Shown: piece by piece, positions 46,686 to 55,350 of the stretch | Layout: the number at the start of each line of letters is the position of its first letter | Position numbering within the stretch: position 1 is the stretch's first letter | DNA from: Vicugna vicugna | Taxonomy: Eukaryota | Length of the DNA: 64,000 bases | Direction of reading: 5' to 3' | Assembly: GCA_013265495.1 (NCBI GenBank) | Contig: MU062317.1 | Location: 868,001 to 932,000 of the forward strand | Program-made: the position numbers and the translations under genes | Notes under the pieces: generated by a model | What the model saw: only the letters and a program-made list of their open reading frames with translations | The model's database searches: none | Told to the model about the DNA's origin: nothing

Positions 46686-47959
46686 ATGGCAGGCCTGGCT
46701 CATGCAGCCAAGGCTGTCTCTCCCTGTAGGAACAGCGGACAGTTTCCCCCGAGCATGCGATGTAGAAGAGGGGCGGCGACACAGACTCCCCTCCTGCCAT
46801 GTCGTCGGGGCTCCTGAGGAGGCGCACATGTCATGTGGGGAAACCGGGGGCCCGGAGAGGGGCGAGGGCTTCGAGGGGGATGGCAGTGACACTTCGGGGG
46901 CCCAAAGGTGATTATGAAAGAAGAGCCACGGGTGTTTAATAAGGGAGCGGGGTGAGGGGCACACGAGCAGCGCCTGCTGCGCGAACGGGAGGGAAGGCCG
47001 GATGCAGCAGGACGACCAGTAAGACCAACCAGAGCCACGGCGGGAGCCAGCCCCGGCGGGGGCGGGGGCGGGGGCGCACCTGGCACCTGGCTTGGGGGTC
47101 ACACGCTTCCCATCCAGACACCAAGGCAGGCGGACAGCCCCGGAGGGTGAGCCGCGGGCTGGCCTGCAAAACGTCTTGCTCCCCCAGCCCTGGGCCTTCT
47201 GTGGGAGCAGGTTCGCCAGGCACCGTCTGTGTGACCTTAGGTGGGTGGGCTCACCTGTCTGAGCCCCAGGGAAGAGGAGCAGCTGTCTGGTGGGGCGGCT
47301 GTGAGGCCCCTGAACTCTCCAGCTGAGACCGAAGCGCACGGGACACAGCAGTCTGTCTCCTGAGTCTCCCTGAGTCCTGGCCCCAGAGTGGCCTGACTTT
47401 GTTTACGAAAGATACAGTCACTGTGCCCCGGGCACAGGCCTGTCCTCCTCGCCCACGAGGCACCTGGCGCTGAGCCCCGTCCTGGGACCTGCCGGTCAGC
47501 ACCGCCCCGGACCCTCCTCCTGGGGGAGCTTCGAGAGACACAGGCCTCCAGTGGGGCCGGTCCTGCCTCCCGGAAGCTGCACGCGGGCAGACCCGGGACA
47601 AAGATGCCCATCGGCCCCTGTGTGGCCGCCAATCCAGACCTTCCCGAGGGCAAACTTGATGTTTTTCTCCACCTTCCTGGTTCCCTTTTATTCTGCCTCT
47701 GCACTTCTCGTCCAAAACAGAAACACAAAGGGAGGAAATCTATTCAAAATTCCTCCTCCTCGTTTCATTTTTGCAGCTCTCCAGGGTGCCCACGTTTCAG
47801 ACTCTCTTCCGATAATTATCTGCCCTTTCGGGGCCTCGGTAACCCAGAGCCTGGGGTTTGGGCAGCAAGAAGAAAGCTTCGGCCTGGCGACGGCACCCGG
47901 GGCGTCCCCGTCACACTGAGAGCCATGGGCACCCCGGCCCCGTGCGCCCGGCGCGGGTC

Positions 47960-48460
47960 TGAGAAGTAGATTTTTATTATTGTTATTATTTTCTCTCTGA
48001 CTCTCTCTAGTCTCAGCTGATCCATGATGAACACCACATCAGACTCTTTCTATGCGATCGTTTTCCATCCCTGACAACGCAAACATTTCTGTGGCTAATA
48101 CTCTGAATCTCGGCCATTGCTGAGAAGTAACAGAGGCGAGGTTCCCAAGCGAAATAATAAGTCTTGCCTTTTATGACGTGATTTATCAACCCTCTGCTGG
48201 AGAAACATCTCGCGAACGGGGCGGAAGACCCCTCGGCCAACACGGCCCCGGCGGATGGAAGCGGGTGCCGGCTAGAAGGACGCATCTTGTTAGCGCAGGA
48301 ACGCCGGTGCCGCAGGAGGAGGTGCCATTCATTCAAAGGAGGAAATACTGTTGAGAAAACAGTGTGCTCACACCACATCTGTGTGGTTAAGAATCCCACT
48401 CTTTCAAATCGATTCGCTTTCCTCACGATTTCCCCATCTACGACACAGGACGCAAAGGAG
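47960..48460. promoter_or_regulatory. Low-GC, non-repeat block; putative enhancer
   Basis: TTTTATGACGTGATTTAT (about 48169-48186) combines a HOX/CDX-like site, a CRE-like half-site and PBX-HOX TGATTTAT. Confidence 0.35.
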
Positions 48461-48736
48461 GAGCTGCCCAGAAAAAGGCTCCTTGGAATCACCGACCCGC
48501 GGGGACGGAGCCAAGCACATGTGACGGGGGGGCACTTCTGCCCGAAATGAGCAGAGCAAACAGCACAAGGGCCCTTGGAGGCTTGCCTGCCACCAGGAGC
48601 GACATCTGACCTGGAACGTTGCAGTTGGGCGTCTCCAGGGAAACGGGGGCACTGAGGACAAAGGCTGCAGCCCATCCACGCAGGTGACCGAGTCTCAGGA
48701 CATGAACCGCCGGGGCAGAGGCCTGGTGGGACTCAG

Positions 48737-48821
48737 CCTTGTGTCTCCAGCACCTGGGGCAGCGTCCTGCACACAGTAGGCGCTCGGTAAATATTTGTTA
48801 ACTGGTGAGTGAGTGAATGAA
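48737..48821 (+). mobile_element. L2 LINE 3' terminus
   Basis: CTTGTGTCTCCAGCACCTG..CCTGCACACAGTAGGCGCTCGGTAAATATTTGTTAAC..GAGTGAATGAA matches the L2 3' end. Confidence 0.75.
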
Positions 48822-48872
48822 GGGTGTTTTAAGACTACGCAGGACCAGACAAAGCACCAGGCATTCCCTAAA

Positions 48873-49010
48873 CGCATCAGTCAGGGAGAGCGAGGTTGTG
48901 CTCCAGTAACAAACGGCTCCAAAACGCAGAGGCCTGAGCAAAGCGGCGTTTCTCCTGCACGCCCAGTGCGACTCGCGGGGCGGCTCCGCGTAATCACCTC
49001 GGCATCTACC
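48873..49010 (-). mobile_element. Old MLT1 (H-L group) LTR 3' end
   Basis: CATCAGTCAGGGAGAGCGAGGTTGTGCTCCAGTAACAAACGGCTCCAAAACGCAGAGGCCTGA resembles tattagtcaggataggctaggttatgctgcagtaacaaacaaccccaaaatctcagtggcttaa. Confidence 0.55.
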
Positions 49011-49550
49011 CGGGACTTTCTGGCTGCCGTGTCCGAGGGCAGAGAGCGCTGGAGGAGCGACCTGCGTCTCTCACAGCCACTGGCCAGACGTCTTACCCAG
49101 CCTTGGGGTGGGCAGAAGGCCCACCCCACCCCCGCCCCACCCCGAAGGCACAGTCAGACCCTTGGGTGAACAGCGGACAGCGACCGCACGAAGGAGAAGC
49201 AGGGGCCCTGGACCGCAGGGAGCTCACAATCCAGCACAAGGCGTGCTCCCCGTCGACTGCCCACGACCGCCGCCCTGTCAGCGTCCTTCACCACTCACAG
49301 TGTTGCCAGGGGCCAGGAATTACACAAGCACTCTACATGAGGTGACATAGTTCATGACTGCAATACCCACGAAGAAGTTAATTTTTTAAAGTCGCCTATT
49401 ATTTCGCTGCAAAGAATGTTGCTGTTAATTTTGGTGCATTTCCTTCCAGCCTTTCCGTGTATGAATGTCCTTGTGTGTGCATGTGTATTTCACAGAAGGT
49501 GTGTGTGTTTATTATGTGCCACTTTCTGAAATCCCTTTTTAAAATAAAGG

Positions 49551-49970
49551 AACAGCCTGCATTTTTCAGAGCAGTCTTGGGTTTATGGAAACTCGCGTGG
49601 CAAGTACAGAGAGGTCCTGTACCCCACCCCTGCCCGCCCCTCCCGGCTTCCACCGTAAGGACCATCTTGCGTTACTGTGGCCACTTGCTACAGCTGATCG
49701 CTCTTGGTGAGTGATAAATACGCAATGGCCTGTCCCCACCAGGAAGCATCGCACGCAGGAGTTTCACTGCCCTAAAAATCCTGCGCTCCCCCGTTCATCC
49801 CGCCCCATGACTGCCGGCGACCACCGAGCTGCCTACTTCTGCACAGCTTTGTCTTTCCCAGAGTCTCACAGAGGGAATCATATAGTATGGAGCCTTCTCA
49901 GACTGGCTCGCTCCACTCAGTCCCGTGGACCTGAAGCTCCTCCACGGCTCTCCGTGCCTTGAGAGTGAAG
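49551..49970 (-). mobile_element. L1MC-type 3' end
   Basis: TTTTTCAGAGCAGTCTTGGGTTT..AAGTACAGAGA; GTTTCACTGCCCTAAAAATCC; GGAATCATATAGTATGGAGCCTTCTCAGACTGGCT. Confidence 0.75.
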
Positions 49971-49971
49971 C

Positions 49972-50408
49972 TTTTTTCCTAATATTTATTTCTCTGTTTA
50001 CTTTACTGAAGTAGAGCCGATTTGCAATGCTGCGTGAGTTTCTGGGGTCCAGCCCCGTGATTCAGTTATGCATACACACATACATTCTTTCTCAGAATCT
50101 TTCCCGCCGTGGGTTGTCACGAGCTGCTGAGCGTGGCTCCCTGTGCGGCCCAGCAGGCCCCGGCTGTTTACCTGCTGCACATACAGCAGTGTGAATCTGC
50201 CAGTCCCAGACTCGCAGTCTACCCCTCCACCGACCCTCCCCCGGGTAACCACAGGTTTGTTCCCCACGTCTCTGGGTCTGTTTCTGAGTCATAAGTAAGT
50301 CTACCCCTGTGCTTTTTCAGATGCCACGCACAAATGACATCGTCCGGTGCTTTTCTTTGTCTGTCCGACTTCACTCGGGACCATCAGCCCCAGGTCCGTC
50401 CAGGCTGG
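49972..50408 (-). mobile_element. Younger cetartiodactyl-type L1 3' UTR with degenerate polyA tail, 5'-truncated
   Basis: TTTACTGAAGTAGAGCCGATTTGCAATG..GTTTCTGG..GTGATTCAGTTAT..CTCCCTGTGC..GGTAACCACAGGTTTGTT..GTCTGTTTCTG..TTCACT..GGTCCGTCCA is collinear with the artiodactyl L1 3' end. Confidence 0.85.
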
Positions 50409-51789
50409 ACCTACTTTCTGACGCTGGCGACGCCAGCACCTCTTTCCCGGGGTCAGGTGGGTTGGTGGGGTCCTGCCGACCTGGGCCGCTGCGTCACTCA
50501 CCAGTCTCATCGCCAGCACAGGCGGCCAGGCCTGTTCTGGTCTCACTGGCGGATGTAGGGTCTCTGGGACCCCTCCCAGCGAAGGGACCCAGGACACCGC
50601 CCGCGCCTAACCCGGCATCACTCCCCCTGGCAGCTCTGCACCAAAGGCCAGAGCCCCCCCCCCGAGGATGAGCGGGTCACCCTTAAAGGTCAGGGGCACC
50701 CAAGAAACCCACGGCAAGGGGGCGGGGCGGAGGCAGGCTGCAGGAGGGCGATAAGAAGCGCGCTTGCCTTGCTTTTCCCTCCACGTGCACAGTGTCCCTG
50801 TGTTGCCACGGGCTCTGTTCTCTTCCCGTACACCTCAGGTGGTTCTCCTGACTTCAGCTTGTCACCTGGGAACCGGCCGTGTGCCAGCTCCAGTGCCACC
50901 TCTTCCAGGAAGCCCACTGCCCTGGCCCCGCCGGCCCCTCCCACCAGCCAAGGCTGAGCGCTGGTCAGTGCCCAGCGGCGGCGTGAGTGCAGAAGCTGCT
51001 CTGGGGGTTGCCACAGAGGCTGGAGGCTCAGGGTCAGGCGCCGTCAGGCCCCACGGGGACCCTCCCCACGCACACCTGGGCCACACACGCAGGAAGCCAG
51101 TGCCGCACCGCAGGGGAGTCAGGGACCTGCCAAATCCCCAAGCCTGGCGCAGGCGCCTGCCAGGCAGCAGCCGGCTTCTCAGGCAGGTGGAGCGGACTCG
51201 GCCTTCCCCGAGTCTCCGCCTGCCAGCCAGCCGGGCCTCGAGGGCAGCCCCCGCGGGGAGGATGCGGCCCTCCAAGCTCCCGCACGGTCCTGGGCCAGGA
51301 GAAGCAATGGGAGGTTCTGCTCCCCACTCTCAGGACCGAGGGCCCACCCAGGGTCCTGCCTGGAAACTGCATGACTGCAGGCACACAGCCTGGCCCCCCA
51401 AGACCTTTATGGGGACACCAGCAGAGGCGTGAGGGGACCTCAGGAAGCCGGCCCTTCCTGGAGGCCTGGGCATTCCACCGGCACCCCGAGAGAGAAGCGG
51501 GCACTGCTGGAGGTGACCGTGTGCGGGAGGGGCCCCAAGGGGCCACAGCACCCACGTGGGCGGCCTTTTCCCTGGAGAGGGACGGGCCAGCTTGATGCCA
51601 TGTGTGTAAAACCAGAAGCTGGCCTTAAACTCAGAGCGAAGGTAAGTGCCCAGATGGCCCGATGGCAGGGCCTGCAGAGCAGGGGGCCCTGTGGCTGTCC
51701 CTGCGCGCGGGAGGGGAGAGGCCGCGCCCCCACGCCAGTGACACCGGCTGCTGCCTGCCAAGCAGGGACGCGAAGGAGGCCTCGAGCTG

Positions 51790-51930
51790 ATATATTTTTC
51801 TCCCCTAATAGTGCGGCGCAATTTAATTAACTCTCCATCGCACCCACCTGAAGATGACGGGGTTTATGGACACCACCATCTGGCCCTTACAAAGCCGCTA
51901 ATGTAGACAGTAAATCCTCGCCATTACTCG
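51790..51930. promoter_or_regulatory. Homeodomain motif island
   Basis: TTAATTAA at 51823-51830, TTTATGG at 51863, plus CTAATA, CTAATG and CATTAC. Confidence 0.4.
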
Positions 51931-53559
51931 GTGGCTGCAGAGGCGAGCTCTCCCGGCCACCTTCCTGAGTACCGTCCGCGTGGGCCGCCAGGACACCCCG
52001 AGGTGCTGGGGCGGCCACCACGCTTGTGACCTCCGGCCTGCTGCAGGTGGCGATGTTGCCACCTCGGAGTCAGGTGTCTGCCGCGGGGCCTGGCTCCCTT
52101 TCCCACGGCCGGGCCCCCAGCGCAACATCGGCCCGCGTCCCATGCCAGCAACAGCGGCCACAGTGCCCGGGCCCACTCAGCAGCCTGGTGCCCGGCGCTG
52201 CGCCCAGCCTCCACCCGTTCGGTGCCCGGGGCCTTCAGGCGCTGGGGGCCCTGATTACCTCCCTGTTTGCAGGGGAGGAAACAGGAACGCCGAAGTTCAA
52301 GTTCAAGGCCTAGGGCCTCACCAGCCAGGGCAGAGCCTGGTTCAGAGGGCGGGGGTTGGGCTGGGCAGGGCCGGTGGACCCAGCCCGGCCTCCCTGGGTC
52401 TCTGGTGAGGACAAAGCTTACTTTCCGGGTGATGCACGTTCTCAAGTTCTGAATCCGTTCTTTGAAATGGTGACGTTTGTCTGCCCTGGCTTAAGGGTGA
52501 AGTTTGGGCAAAAGGGTCAACAGGGCGGGGGAGGGCCTGACCACAGAGGGGAGTCCCCGTGTCGCCTGCTCCCACGCGCCCACAGGAACTGCTGCTAGAC
52601 CCCGAGGAGGGGGCCCTGCCTGCCGGGTGGGCTCTGGACCCCGCGCCCCCCCAGGACCTCCACCCCAGACTGCAGCCCGGCGGCCTTTCAGGCGTTTCCA
52701 CGACGGACGCTTCCGTGTGAGAAAGGAAACCTCATTTGTCGCTTTCTCACCAGCAAAACAGAGGAAAGCCCCACCTCTTTCCTCCCACCCGCCCAGCGAG
52801 GGTCTCAGGCTCAGGTGGGCCCACTAGGGCCGGCGCGGCCAAGACGAGGCCCTCCGCAGACACGCAGGTCTGCAGGAGGCACTTCCTCACTGCGCAGGAG
52901 CCAGTCACCTGCCGTCTGCCAGCTTGATCTGATGGTTTACGCTGATCTCAGAGGTCCTCGGGGGCGGGTGGGGGGAGTCAAGTCAGCTCCGTTGGCAGGG
53001 GCAAAATGCAAAAGGGTTGCGTTTATAACACTGTCACCCCGCCAGGCGCTGCCCATACTCACCCCTCGTCACAGGACGGCTGTTGGCCCATTAATCACCC
53101 TTATCTGCTTGGGAAGGGGCCGCAGCGCCACCCGCCCTCCCGCCCCCGGGCAAGTTCAGGCCCTGCGAGGTGGCCGGAGGGCAGAGTCCACCCGGGGCGC
53201 TGAGGTGGAGGGAACCTGAACTTCCAGGCTGCGGCTCCTCCCTCAGGCCTGATTTTCTGCCCTCGGCATCTGAGCCACCAGAGTCGGGCCTAAGGGCCTC
53301 TTCAGACGAGCAGCTGCAGTTGTGGAAAGGAGGCCTGAGGGAGGGGCAAGAGCCAGGCTCGAGGCTGGTCCCCAGGCGGCCGCCGAGGGTCCCCAGGGCC
53401 ACCGGCCCGGAGCTGTCGCGGGAAGGGGACCGGCAGGGGCGGTGCTCTCCGACTTTCCGCGTCTTGGCCCCGTTACACCTCTCCACTCTGCAGCCTTTGA
53501 TTCAGCAAAATCAAGGATGCAAACTTCTTAGGAGCACTTAGTTTCCATGGCAGCCGAGG

Positions 53560-53850
53560 CTGACCCCAACATCACTGTTCTCAGGAGGGGACTGACTTTG
53601 CTGTGTGTCCATTCACTGAATTAATGGACTCCCGGTTCTTTTATCAGCAGCCCCGGACAAAGGAAAGGGAGGCACGTCTCCGGAGGGCTTTCAGACACTG
53701 TCCAGCCTTTGTCCGGGGCTTTACTGGAACGAAGCGAGTCTATTCAGCCTGAGATTATCAAAATCAACTCAGCGCTGTCTCCGAGGCAGCTAAACACACT
53801 TTGATTTCATAAAGACATAACCGATCTCACATGCAAATTATTAATTGGGA
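53560..53850. promoter_or_regulatory. Putative enhancer with SOX, TCF, GATA, POU and homeodomain motifs and a 15-bp inverted repeat
   Basis: AGCCCCGGACAAAGG (53649-53663) and CCTTTGTCCGGGGCT (53706-53720); CTTTGAT at 53799; ATGCAAAT at 53831 followed by TATTAATT. Confidence 0.5.
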
Positions 53851-54429
53851 GGGCCGGGCTCTTAGGGCGGGGGGCTCTGCTGTGACTTTCCCGGAGTAAA
53901 GCGCCTTGTAGGTACGCTGCAGCACCTTGGCGGCCCCTGAGTGTTGCTGGCGGGGAGGGAAAGAGGAAAAGCAAAGATTTCCAACAACTAACCTCGCCGA
54001 CACAAGCAAACCACGGCAGGGACAACCATGCTTGCTCTGGTCCCCGTGAGACCAGCTGGCCGCCACGCGCGCTCACGGCTCCTTGTCCTCCAGGGGAAAA
54101 GTAATGCAAAGGAAATAAACCACAGAAGGCGACACCGATCACAGACGCCTGGGTCCACGGTGTGTGCTGAGCTTAACTGGCCCGTGAGGCCAGGACTCGG
54201 CCCCGAGCCTGCAAGGCACAGCTGGCTGCAGCCTCGCTTAGAGCTCGGGGAGCTGTGCAGGCTTCTCAAGTCGCTGCTGCACAAAAGACACGCGGCGGCT
54301 GCCCGTCCGAGTCCACTCCCACCCCCTGGCGCTCCCCCGGCTTCCCGGCTCATCCTTCAGCGGCCGCCCAGCCGCCCTGGGGGGCCCCAGGAGACGGGGG
54401 CGCCCGTTCCCAGAGGCATTTTGTCAGTG

Positions 54430-55350
54430 GGACAGGCTGTGGTCCTAACATCCAAATAATCATTTCACAAATTATCATAATTATCAATCAATCACCCTGC
54501 TTGGACAACGCCAGGCGAAGCTATCAGATGACTTTCATGACCTGTAGCATTTTGTACGTAATAACAGGGAGAGATTTATGGAAACATCACGTTCCGTCCT
54601 CAGCACCAGGGCTTTGTGAACTCAATTTATTTCTGAGTCTCCTTCGAAGCCTCGGGCCTCCCCACCCCTGGCCTGCCGCGCGTGCTGGGCCGGCCACGGT
54701 CTGTGAAGCGTCTGAAGGGGCACCTTCCCGGGCTCCGATCCCAGCCCCACTGATGCGAATTCCCTGATGGATTTATGTGTTGGAGGCGCGGAGGCGGCGC
54801 GGGCAGAGAAAGAGGGAGACGAAAGAGAAATAAAAGAAGAAAGGTCACTTCCCTCCGCGTACTGTATTAACACGTCCTTCCTTTTCAAGACGGTCAAAGA
54901 AAACAAGATAAAGCAAGACAATGGGGCGGCCGCTGGGGGCCTGGGGCTTCCCCTTCCGTATCGCCAAAGAGATTGAATCAAAATTCTTTCANNNNNNNNN
55001 NNNNNNNNNNNNNNNNNNNNNNNNNNNNNNNNNNNNNNNNNNNNNNNNNNNNNNNNNNNNNNNNNNNNNNNNNNNNNNNNNNNNNNNNNNNNNNNNNNNN
55101 NNNNNNNNNNNNNNNNNNNNNNNGCCTTATAATGTCTTCCATCCATTTTCAGCAGGCCCTTAACACGGCTCTTTATTTGTCCCCAAAGCCTCTTCGCCCG
55201 GCCTTTTTATTACAGGCTCCGGCGGGCTCTCCAGGGAGCCAGGCGACCCGAGTGATGGATGGACAACTCACTAGATTATCTCCCACAGATGTTTGCTCTC
55301 CAGGAGCCCCGGGCTTCCCCTCTAAGTAAACAGAGACTAAATAGAGTCAG
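54430..55350. promoter_or_regulatory. Putative PBX-HOX enhancer cluster spanning an assembly gap
   Basis: ATCAATCAATCA at 54483, AGATTTATGG at 54572, TGATGGATTTATG at 54765, TGATGGATGG at 55253. Confidence 0.45.
54992..55123. other. Assembly gap (132 N)
   Basis: Run of N. Confidence 1.
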
